Below, one piece after another: positions 14,247 to 25,745 of a DNA stretch of 64,000 nt. The stretch spans positions 434,001 to 498,000 of the forward strand of contig MU058654.1 of assembly GCA_013265495.1 (NCBI GenBank), given 5' to 3'. Both the position numbers and the translations under genes were made by a program. The notes beneath the pieces are model-generated. The model saw only the letters and a program-made list of their open reading frames with translations, was not told the DNA's origin and did no database searches. Origin of the DNA: Vicugna vicugna (lineage: Eukaryota). Each line of letters begins with the position of its first letter. The first letter of the stretch is position 1.

Positions 14247-14764
14247 TGTACTAGGGAAGAACAAATCTGACTTCATCTTAGATCTGTTCCTTTGGCTCTA
14301 CCCCTGTGCTCTGTTTCCTGGGCTTAGTCAGGTTGGTTCTGCACCTTTTGTAAAAGAATGTTGCCTGGAGCCTGAAATAGACAGGAGAGCCCATTCTCAA
14401 GGTTCTGGCTTTTAAGGGTGTAACACTTTCCCATTCATATAAAGATAAGTTGCAGGACAGAAAATAACATTTATTTTGTTGGAGGTTTATGGGAACATTA
14501 TGACATAATCAACATGGACAGGGGCAAGAACAAAGGATTCTGACACCAAGAAGTTTGCAACAACTAATCACATCCCCTCACCTTCTTAGTATAAAAAGAG
14601 CCTGAATTCTGACTTGAGGGAAGATGGTTCTGCAGGACATTAGTCTGCCATCTTCTCGGTTTGATGGCTTTCTGAATAAAGTCGTTATTCCTTGTCTCAG
14701 CACCTCATCTCCCGATTTATTAGCCTGTCGTGTGGTGAGCAGAATGAGTTTGGACTCGACAACA
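14247..14764 (+). mobile_element. ERV1-type solo LTR (MER34/MER39-like end)
   Basis: TGTA...AACA termini, 4-bp TSD TTCT (14243-14246 / 14765-14768), TATAAAA at ~14591 and AATAAA at ~14675. Confidence 0.85.
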
Positions 14765-15649
14765 TTCTTATAACGAGAGATTTGAATCCTGGTCTACACC
14801 ATGGATAGATATATATGTTCCTTAACTTTCTCTCCATTACGAAGCAAATTGTATAAACTCTCAAAAAAAAGTCCAAACTCAGCAATAGTCTTGATTTCTT
14901 AATGGACTAGGGAAAAGAATAATTTGAAGGGAAAAAAATTAGGGCAATTTCTATATTGCTTCTTCTTTTTCTCACATTGCAGTTACTGAAAACCTTTGAT
15001 TAGACCTCTGAAAAAGACCACACACTCAATAATTTGAAGCAAAAGGTTAATGGTGTTGTTACAACTATTATCCCTTTTAAAATCATTATCCTCTTGTTTT
15101 TTATGGCTGTATTACCTTCACCTTTCAGTGAACCCACTTTACCAGCTGTTTCCCTCTGTCATAAAGTTTGCTGAACATCATCATAGGAATAGGATAAATG
15201 CCATGTTTTATCAATCAAGCCTAAGGGAATTTGAGGGTTCTCATAATCACAACTGTAAAGGGAGTTTATTGCAAGCCTCTGTTTTGATTTGTAAATTGTC
15301 CTTAAGTAAAATTCGTACCTGATGCCAAGGTATAGAATGTAAAAATGCAAGACGCTATAGTACAAAAAATCTGCATAATAAACTTTGATAGGTTGACAAA
15401 TGAGAAAGCTTAAGATTGCTGAGGAACAACACAGGTTTGATTCCTTGGTAAGAAGACATTCACCCGCCGGCATCTCTGAACCTCCCGTACGTGAATTCCC
15501 TGATCCTTTATGCCACACCACCCCAGTATGCCAAGGAAAATGTGAAACATAGGACAGATGCATTTATTTTACAAGGCTATGCAGAATGTCTCAATAGAAA
15601 TCTGATATAATGAAGGTATTTTTAATCATATACGATAAAACTTAAAATT

Positions 15650-17690
15650 TACGATAAAATTCCCAAAATACCACCACACCCTGGAGACTAAAAAACACAT
15701 TCCTAAAATATTAGATATTATACAATACTAATACTGAAGTGACAGCAAATGTCAAAATTTGTCAGTTACAGCTAAATAAATACTTCGAGAAAATTTTCCG
15801 GCCTTAATAAGCATTTTAAAAGATCGAAAATAAATGAACAAAATGCTCAACTAGAGCAGATATAAAAAGGGCCAAGAAAACAAATCTAAATAAAGTGGTG
15901 GGAAGGGAATAAGCATAAGAGTAAAAATTCTTATTTTAAATATACACATTTATAAGCAAACAAAACCAAAATCTAATTCCTTGAAAAGATGAGTACAATT
16001 TATAAACTTCTAGCAAGATTGATGAAGAAAAAACAGAGAAGCCACGAATTAGCAAAATTAGTAATGGAAAAAGAAATGTTATAGATAATATACATAATTA
16101 TAAGTAAGTTATTACTATAAATAATTTTGTGCCAATACATTTGAAAACATGGATGAAATATAAAGTTTTCTAAATAATATTTTAATCACCAAAATGACTC
16201 AAAAAAATAAAAAAATGACTCAAAAAATAGTCAAAAATGTTTTGACTAAGCCAGCAAGCATTAAATAATTTGAATCAGCAGTCTAAAAACTCTCTCTCCC
16301 CATTTTCATGAGATGAATGTTTAACTCACAAAGCCCCCCAAAAAACCTCTCTTTTTTTACAAACTTTTTAGAAAAAAATGAAATAGGAAAATTTCTCCAA
16401 CTCGTTTTTTGATATTGTTATAACTCTATGCTGAGAACAGCCAAGGGCAGTGTAAAAAAAAATTTAAACCCCAAATCATTGATAAGCATAAATGCAAAAA
16501 CAACAAAATAGTATCAAGTCAAATCAATACTATATAAAAATAACACGTTATGAATGAGTTGGATTTATATTAGTAAGGCCAAGACAGTTCTTTGGTAAAA
16601 TTATTGAATCACTCAACACAAAGAATAAAGGACAAAATGATAGGATCATCTCAATAAACGCAGAAAAGTTTCAAATATAAACTCTTATTTAGTATAAAAG
16701 CTTTTGGCAAGGTAAGAATCAAAAGAAACTTTCTTAACTCAAAGATGACATCATTCTTAACATGAAACTTCGTAGTGAGTCCCCCAAAATTCAGGAAAAA
16801 GGCAAAAATTACATGCATTGGCATCACTGAATAACACTATTGTATTGAAATCTGAGCCCATGAAATATGAGAAGAAGAAGAAGCAAGAGGCTTACGGTAT
16901 GGCTTTAAGAATAAAAAAATGCCCTAAATGACTATCGGTATTAGGGGTCTGTAAAATAAGGCCCATGGGCCAAATCAAACCTACTGTGGTCCAAATACAG
17001 CCACACCCATCTCTTTATACATTGGCTATGGCTGCATTCAGCCTACAATGACAGAGTTAAATAGTTGTGATAAACCTCAAAGACAAAAATATTTGCCATC
17101 TGGCCTTTTCCCAAAAAAGTCTGCACACCCCTGATCTATATAATACATCAAACAGAATCCACAAATAAACCAGTAGAATGAAAAAAAATAGTTTAATAAA
17201 TATAGTTTCTGGGCTCAAGAAATGTATAGGAAATCAACAGTATCTTTATAAACCAGCATAATCTACTTAAGAGCTAGATTACAAAAAGAAATACTTACAA
17301 TAACAATAAATAAACACATAGGCAAACTATAAGTCATACAGAAAAATAAGTCACAACTTTTCAAAAAAAATTGAAGGACATGAAATAAAAATTCAATAAA
17401 AGTTGAATAAATGCTTATTTCTTTGGCAAACTGTCCAATCACAGTATATCCAATAACCATCAAGTCTTAGATTCCCAAATTTCCTTTGTCTACCTGCTTT
17501 GTGCAAGTTATTCTAGCTTCATAAAATTAGTTTTGTAGTGTCTCATATTTTCCATTTTATGGAAGAATTTGTATAAGACTACAATTATTAGTTACTTGAA
17601 GGTTTGATTGAACTCAGTAGGGAATTTTAACTATTGATGTAATTTTTTTATTGGTACAAGACTATTCATGTAATAAATTACTTTTTAAAA
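15650..17690 (+). mobile_element. Old degraded L1 (L1M-type) ORF2 remnant, interrupted by MER58A, with an inverted piece at the right end
   Basis: Strongly A-rich + strand with L1 ORF2-like motifs (ttccttgaaaagatgagtacaatttataaacttctagcaagattgat; atcatctcaataaacgcagaaaa). Confidence 0.7.
16942..17133 (+). mobile_element. MER58A-like hAT-Charlie MITE
   Basis: Terminal inverted repeats TAGGGGT...ACCCCTG; ggcccatgggccaaatc...cagccacacccat...aaaatatttgccatctggcc resembles the MER58A consensus. Confidence 0.85.
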
Positions 17691-17693
17691 TAA

Positions 17694-17989
17694 TTTTTAT
17701 TGAAGTTTAGTTGATCTACAATGTTAGTTTCAGGTATACAAAGTGATTCGGTTATACATAAACATACATATATTTTTTTTCTTTTTAGATTCTCCATTAT
17801 ATGTTATTACAAGAAATTGACATAGTTCCCTGTGTTATACAGTAAGTCCTTGTAGTTTATCTATTTTTTATATAGTAATGTTATAGTGTTATAGTTTTAT
17901 ATGGTGTCTGTTAATCCTCAACCCCTAATTTATCCCTCTCTACCATTTCTCCTTTGGTAAGTATAGTATGTTTTCTATGTCTATGAGTC
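17694..17989 (-). mobile_element. LINE-1 3' end, more diverged copy directly adjacent to the previous one
   Basis: ttttttattgaagtttagttga...gttccctgtgttatacagta...ttttctatgtctatgagtct parallels 18010-18287. Confidence 0.8.
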
Positions 17990-18412
17990 TTTTTTTTTTG
18001 TACTTTTTTTTTATTGAAGTATAGTCAGCTTACAATGTTGTGTCAATTTCTGGTGTACAGCACAACGCTTCAGTCATACATGAATATACATATATTCGTT
18101 TTCATATTCTTTTTCACCATGAGCTACTACAAGATATCAAATATAGTTCCCTGTGCTATACAGTATAAACTTGTTTATCTATTTTATATATACCTGTCAG
18201 TATCTGCAAATCTCGAACTCCCAGCTTATCCCTTCCCACCCCCTTCCCCCCGGTAACCATAAGTTTGTTTTCTATGTCTGTGAGTCTGTTTCTATTTCAT
18301 AAATAAGTTCATTGTTCATTTGTCTTTTTTTTTTTTTAGATTTCACATATAAGTCATATCATATGGCATTTTTCTTCCTCTTTCTGGCTTACTACACTCA
18401 GAATGACAATCT
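17990..18412 (-). mobile_element. LINE-1 3' end, young family
   Basis: Leading T-tail; reverse complement of the L1 3'UTR seen at 20660-21060. Confidence 0.9.
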
Positions 18413-20162
18413 CTACTAGTTCCTGACACCTAGGTTTCTGGAGCTTTCCTACTTCCCGTCCTGTCTGCTTCTTCAGTTCCGTTGTTTGTAAACTAGCACA
18501 GGCCTTCTTATAAATGCTCATTCTTTCCTGCACAAGGCAGCCAGAGTCAGTTTCTGTTGCTAACCACCCAAGTGCCCAGCCACTCTGGCAGCACTCAGCT
18601 CACGACCACACAAGCCCTGGTGTCCCTTCCAAAGGTAGGGACCAGAAAACGCCACAAAGCACTGAAAGACCCCTTGGATGATTACTGGCATTGAAAAAAA
18701 ATACCTTTGCAAACTCTTTAAACATCCTTAAGGACAAATGTAATAAAAATGCAAAGCAATAGCAATTCATGCTACAGAAACGATCTGAAAACGATATTTT
18801 CTGCAGGGGCTGAATTGTCTGGCAGGATTGCCATGTGGCAGTGCTGCTGTATGCCAGGGATATCATAGGCCAGGAGGGGCCAAAGTTTCTGGCACTTGGA
18901 CCAAATATTCATACGCAGACAATGTAGACATCGCGCCTCCTGCTTTGTGTTGACATATGGCAGCTTCAGGCCGCTGTTGTATTTGCTCATCCACTGCAGC
19001 ATCATTTTACAGTCACCCCGGGCACGAAATACTTAACAATTTCCACTTTCTGCTGGTCATTGTTTCCTCACTAATTCACTACACCAATCGGGGATGACAG
19101 AAGGTATCAACTCCCTCCTCGGGTATTTAAACTGTGAGCAGACATCTGTATGCAGGAAATGTGCCCCGTGAACTTTTCAGAACTTTCCTTATGCAGAGCC
19201 CAAGGCGCGAATGTTGCAAAATCAGATGCCTCCCCAAAATATTTGCCCCACTGACGTTCAACAGCTTCTAAAAGAAACTCATTTGAGTTTTTTTAGGTTG
19301 ACATTCCAGTGGTTGTGATCAGGGATGGCCTTGGGCACTTGGCTACTAACAATAATAACTCAACATGCCAACAGCTTCCAGGGCTGGGAACAACAAAGCC
19401 CAGGAATGCTGGACTCACCAAGTCTCAGCGGCAGAGCTCACGCTGGTCCAGGCAGGACTGGCATCAGTCCCTAAGGGCAGCATCTGGGGAGGTGGAGCAA
19501 GACGCTGTGGCTCAGAGTCCAAGTTCCATCTCTAGATGCTGTCATTGTTTCACCTTTACACTCTATCTGGGTTGGACCAGCAATATCAGAAGCAAAGCCA
19601 GCCCTCAGAAGAAGAAGGCAAGAACACATCTAAGTGTCAGGGTTGGGCTCTAGACCTAGCGGAGAATCAGAGCAGATACCTGGACCTGAGCAAGAAGCAA
19701 GACAGATGGAAGGCCCGACTGATGCTCTGGAACACCCAGGGCTCTGGTTACACTGTCCCGGCTGGGGAGCAGAAACTCGCCAGACCTACCCAACCAGCAG
19801 AAGGGAGCAAGCGCGCGCGGTGCTGCCAAGACTGGCTCTCCTGCAGACTGACGCCAGCGCTGTAATGTGAGCTGCTCCTTAACTGCGGCTATAATACCGT
19901 CTCCTTCTCTCTGAGCTAAAGGAGGGAATAAAACCCACCAGGAAAAGGAAAGCCCACAGTAAGGGCACATCTGCAGCAACCACGCAGCACTCCGAGCAAG
20001 AGCAAGGCTGCTAACCTGAAATATCTCATACAGTAAATTCAGGGCAGCTCAGGGCTCTGGCATCCTCTCCCCAACCCTCTGGCAGACGTGGCTGCCGAGG
20101 GATTCTAGAGAACCCTCTAGGGCTTGCTCCTCACGGTGGTTCTTAGAGGGAACCGGGCTGTC

Positions 20163-20230
20163 TTTAGCAAGATGTCCACGGGATTTACATGCACATTTTA
20201 GCAAAATGCCAACAGGATTTACATGCACAT
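20163..20230. repeat. 34-bp tandem duplication (2 copies)
   Basis: tttagcaagatgtccacgggatttacatgcacat / tttagcaaaatgccaacaggatttacatgcacat. Confidence 0.9.
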
Positions 20231-20370
20231 TTCATCCTGTGAGGACGCCCTTATCAACTGGTGGGAATTTGCACATGAGTTCAAACCTATTTGCCATCCT
20301 TGCTTTTAAAAACAGACTGAAGTTGAGGGGTGCTGAAAGCATGAAGTTATCCTTCATTTCAGAAACAATA

Positions 20371-21099
20371 GCCATTAAGGAAAACAGTATGGAGATTCCT
20401 CAAAGGACTAAAAATAGAACTGCCATACGATCCAGCAATCCCACTCCTGGGCATATATCTAGAAGAAACCTTAATTCAAAAAGACACCTGCACCCCAATG
20501 TTCACAGCAGCACTGTTTACAATAGCCAAGACATGGAAACAATCTCAATGTCCATTGACAGATGACTGGATAAAGAAGCTGTGGTATATTTATGCAATGG
20601 AATACTACTCAGCAGTAAAAAAAGAATGAAATAATGCCACTTGCAGCAATATGGATGGATCTGGACAATGTCATTCTAAGTGAAGTAAGCCAGAAAGAGA
20701 AAGAAAAATACCATATGATATCACTTATTTGTGAAAACTAAAAAAAAAAAAAGGCACATGAACTTACTTACAAAATAGAGACAGACTCACAGACATAGAA
20801 AACAAACTTACGGTTACTGGGGCAGGGAAAGGGGTGAGAAGGGATAAATTGGGAGTTTGAGATTTGCAGATATTAACTAATATATATAAAATAAGCAAAT
20901 TTATACTGTATAGCACAGGGAACTATATTTAATACCTTGCAGTAACCTATAATGAAAAAGAATATGAAAACAAATATATGTATGTTCATGTATGACTGAA
21001 GCATTATGCCGTACACTAGAAATTGACACGACATTGTAAACTGACTATACTTCAATAAATAAATAATATATATACACACAAAAAGAAAAGAAAGAAAAA
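20371..21099 (+). mobile_element. 5'-truncated LINE-1 3' end
   Basis: Homologous to 59840-60510; AATAAA plus A-rich tail; degenerate TSD AGAAA(CA/TG)ATA. Confidence 0.92.
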
Positions 21100-21947
21100 A
21101 GAAATGATACCAGAGTCTCTGAGTGGTCTGCCAGAGACTTTTGGTTCATGAAAATGTTCCCCGGGTAGCCAGAACAAAGACGGTCCCAGCCAAGTAGAGA
21201 TGGCAGGCTGGGAGGAAGCCAGTTAAGACACCTGGGAAGTGGAACAGAAACTTGGAACAGGGGCATGGGAAGAATTAGTAAATGCTCCATGTGATCCCGG
21301 AGTCCTGTGGCACATCTTGTCCTTCTTTCTTTCATTGCTGACTCATCTTGTTCTGTTTCTTCATTTATATTTTTCAGATCAAATCCACTCAGTGGTGCTA
21401 AGGTGTCCCAAGCAAAGATGAATTTCTCTGGGTCAGAAATGTGAATGGGAGCCCCTGCAGTGTGCTGGGAACCAGGAGTTGGTGGCCAGAGCAGTCTGAG
21501 AGGATGCGAGCAACAGGAGAAAAGTGGAAGTTTGGGGAAGCCCTCAGGACCCTCCCACCCACTGGTTTTCTTTCTGAAAACCTGTGTGTCTTTGTGTGAG
21601 TATGAATTTCATGAAGGTGGTTATTCCCGCTGTGGCTTCTTTGGAGAATCCTCTGAAAGGGATGGATCGTTACCCCCTCCTCTCTCTATCCCCCAAATGT
21701 AAAGACCCACATATGCTCAAAACTTGGCCCACAATTTCAGGGGCATATGGAACCCAGATGATCTCTTGGAGCTCAGGTTAAGAATTCACACCTGGCACTT
21801 TCCATGCATTCTTATTTCTTCTTTGAATCTCTAACCTTAAACACTGACACAACTATTGTTTCTAAACAAATAAGGTTGATCAGGTTGCTTTCCATTGGTT
21901 GAAAGCAATGAGAATTAACTCAGCTTTCAGACAATGAACATTCAGAG

Positions 21948-22126
21948 CTGTGGTCCTCACTCATTCTGGATGTGCTATTTAAGCTGGAATTCCCAGGGGA
22001 GCTCATGATAAACATCACTGTCCTGGCCATAGGCTATGATTCAGTTCGTCTGGGTGGAACCCAAGCATCTGTATTTTTAAAGCTCCCCAGGTGATTCTAA
22101 AGAGCATCTTAAGTTTAGAACCACTG
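21948..22126. mobile_element. MER5-like DNA transposon
   Basis: atctgtatttttaaagctccccaggtgattct...gtttagaaccactg. Confidence 0.75.
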
Positions 22127-24469
22127 ATCTAGGGTGATTTTGCCCTGAGCTGGGTCTAGGTTGAGCAAAAATCACTACCCTGCCTTCCCCTGCCTCTCTC
22201 AGCACTTCCTGGGTATTAGAAGCAAGTGCGTCCAAGCCTGAGACGAAAGTCTACTATTTGCATCCTTTCCCTTGGGTACAATTCTGGTTACATTCCAAAA
22301 ATGAGACCTGAAAAAAATACTAATAAAACCCAAGTTCAACAAATACCTGTCAATAAACTGTAACTCTTCACCTCCAGGCTTTCTATATCACGCACAAAGG
22401 TCTTTAAAAAGCAGGGTGGGGACAGGCCTCGACCTTCTCATCATGCCTTTCACCACTTTCGGTTGTGAAACTTCAAGTGAGTCACTTGGCGTTTGGTAAA
22501 CGAGGATCAGTATCCCAAAGATACCTGCCTATGACCGCCTCTGATCCCTGTGCGCTGGCCCACAGGCTCCACGAGGGGAGGTGGGTTTGCCCAGGCAACC
22601 CTTGAGGTCAGTTACTTCCCTGAAAATCACTGAGCAATAAATCTAAAGTTCGTGGGTACTGGCAACAAGTGTGATGCATTCTTCGCTGGCGGTCTTACAG
22701 CTTGACCTGGAAAAGCTCATTTCCTCTAATGGCTTCTTTACAAAATGGCCTCATTGTTTGTTTCCAGGCTCGAATACACGGTTGCCACATCTGGGTGGAT
22801 AGTTAGCATCTGGCTTCTCCTCTAAAATGCTGAAATCAGCCAGGGCTCGGTTGTGGAATCTGTCTGGATACGATACTTTCAATCAGTTGTTAGTCCTTCT
22901 ACCACAGCCCACTGTCCCCGTTTTTGAAGAACTTCTGGCTCAGACCCAACATTTGTGATAATCAATTAATCTGTCTTTATTAACAATAATTGAAATGCCT
23001 CTTAATTCAGGCTAAATTCAATGAATGAAAGAAAAGAATTACTTCTACTCTCAGAGTAACAGTGGAAAAATACTGGAGCCAATGCAGCTGAGATCTTTTC
23101 ATTGTTTCCCCCAAGTAATTCATGAAGGTGCGGCTTGGACATGAAACCAAGGCTGTAAGTCAATGTCATTATGTCTTTGAAAAGCAGTGTCCTGTGAGGC
23201 TCAGTTTCAAGAAAGAAATTAGACAGGAGGTTTTGAGCAAATGGCGTGGATGTGTACCTGGCATCCTAATTCCACATCTTTATGGATGGAAAAAAATGGC
23301 CTCGCTGAGAACATCTTTAAAACACACACAACTCCAGCCAGCCAAAATCCTGAAATTCTTCACTGGTTACAAATAGTATTTGAGCCTCCCTTTAAACAAT
23401 CTAATCACAAATGTGACTTTAATGTGAACTAATAAAATACAATTCTTCCCTACATCTCAGTAAGAGTATTTTTGTTTCTTGCCCTGAGAAGGAAGACTAC
23501 CAGAGATGACATTACCACCAGTTACCATTGCCTGAAACATCACAGATCACAAAGTGCTAACACACTCATGTTCTCACGGAAGGCTTGGATTATGACCAGC
23601 CCAACTTTGAGGAAACTGAGGCTTAAAGAGTCCAAGTAGCTGGTCCAAGTTCATGCCGCCAGGAAGTGGCAGAGCCAGGGCTCAAACCAAGCCTGTAAGA
23701 CTCCAAGTTCATCTCCACCACCACCATCGTACCAATGACAACAAGGGCCACCATTTATTGGGCAACTGACTGTATAGGAGGCACTTTGAATGCAATGTTG
23801 TATTTAACATGGCACGCCCCTGCCTCAACTTTGCATAGAAAGTGCTCGAAGATGTGAACCCTGCTCTTTTCTCTGCCCCTGCAGTTTCACATGAGGTACA
23901 GACCTGCACTCCACGTCCCTGTGACCCTCCGACAAGCAGCCCCACTCAGGAGCATGAAGCCCTGGAGCTGATGTTAAAGGCCAAAGGTCCTGCCATCCTG
24001 ACCTGTGACATGGGACCCTGGAAACCTTCCCTGCCTCGCCTAACAGTGTTCCTCCTAAACCCATATGGTCCAGAGGATACAGGGAAGTTAACATTTGGAC
24101 AGTGCGAAAGGATTTATCATTTTAACACCTTTATGTCTCATTTACCCCATTAGCCTGTGACCTACCTGACCCTTGGGGGAAAAAAAAAACCTGAAAAGCT
24201 TCGTGTCTGAGCCCTGTATTCCAACAGATGCAGAGTCCGCTGAGTGCGGCGGTGCAGGAACCAGGTAGGAACTAAGCTTTCCTACGCACTAGCAGGAAGC
24301 AATCTGAAAATGTCCTGGAGGAGAAAGATCCCCTCACTTCAAAGCAGAAGGGAAAACATAAACAACAGACCTCACCAGAAATGCGCAAGCCCCATACAAA
24401 GAAAACGATACAATTTTAATGAAGGACACGTAAGTTCGGGGATGGGAAAACTCAGTGTTTAAAACTGCT

Positions 24470-25745
24470 CCTTCTCAACAATTTACCCGATACAGTCAAT
24501 GTTCTCCCCGGTCTATCCTTATCAAATATCCAGGTTTTTTAATGAAAACCCAACAAATTAGTCCTAAAATTTCTTCAGGAAGATGAAATGTATAAAAATA
24601 GACAAAATAAAATCTTTAACTAATAGAAATGTTACTGTCCTGCACAGGGAACTTTATTCAATATCTTGTAATAACCTTTAATGAAAAAGAGTATGAAAAT
24701 GAATATATGTATGTATGTATAACTGACTCACTCTGCTGTACACCAGCAACTAACGCAACATTGTAAATCAACTATACTTCAATAAAAAAATATATAAAAG
24801 AGTAGAAATGAAATGATACTTGCTTACGGGCTACCAAAACATACTATAGAAAAACCGGAAATAAACAAAAATGTTTTGATGTAGGAATAGACAACAGAGC
24901 AGTACAAGAGCGAATATTAAAAAAAAAAAGACTGATGGATTTTTGTCAATTCTTTATGTGCTAACAATGAATATTCTATTCAGTGGAGAAAGGGAATAAA
25001 TCAATTACAATAAATTATGTCAGAGGAATTAATTATCTCTTGGGGGAAAATAATTAGGTATTTTTCCTGACAAGATACTCAGATTAGGAAGGGGCTTAAG
25101 GTACAAGTAATTATAAAAATAGCAGAAGAAAATACAGAGGAAGGCTTTATAACTGTGGGAAAAAGAAGGCTTTCTTGTGATTTTTAAAAAAGTAAATTGA
25201 TCCCATAATGTAAATGATTGATAAATACGACTGTGGGAAGTAAATTTATATTAAAAAACATTTGTAACATAAAAGACCAAAAATGCACCAGACCATAGAA
25301 AAATATTTGCACCAAGTTTCAATACTCAAAATACGTTAAAAAAAAAATAACTACAATTCATTGAGAAAAAGGACAAGATGAATTGCCGTTCCCCAGAACA
25401 ACACGCCATTTGAAAATATGCTCAATCTCACTCCTTTTCACTCCTGTTCATAAAAAGGTACACTGCACCCCCAGTGAAATACCATTTGTCACCCATCTGA
25501 TGGACAAAAATTTCAGACTGATTATTTCCAATGTTGGCAAGATTTAAAAAAACCATCCCGTGTGCTGTTAACGAGGATATCATTTTTTTGGAGGGCATTT
25601 TGGCATATTTTAAATTTCAAATGACATACCCTTTGACCCAGCAATTACACATTGTAAGGTTTCTATCCAAGGGGAAATAATGACACATGTAAACAAAGAG
25701 ACTTACAAGGTGTTCAGCACTATTTTATTAATAGCCCCCAGCAAA
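24470..25745 (+). mobile_element. Old degraded L1 (L1M-type) remnant
   Basis: A-rich, L1 3' ORF2-like motifs (atatgctcaatctcact, ataccctttgacccagcaatt). Confidence 0.65.
24632..24800 (+). mobile_element. Short LINE-1 3' end inserted in an older L1
   Basis: gcacagggaactttattcaatatcttgtaataacc...aataaaaaaa; TSD TAGAAATG at 24624-24631 / 24803-24810. Confidence 0.85.
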
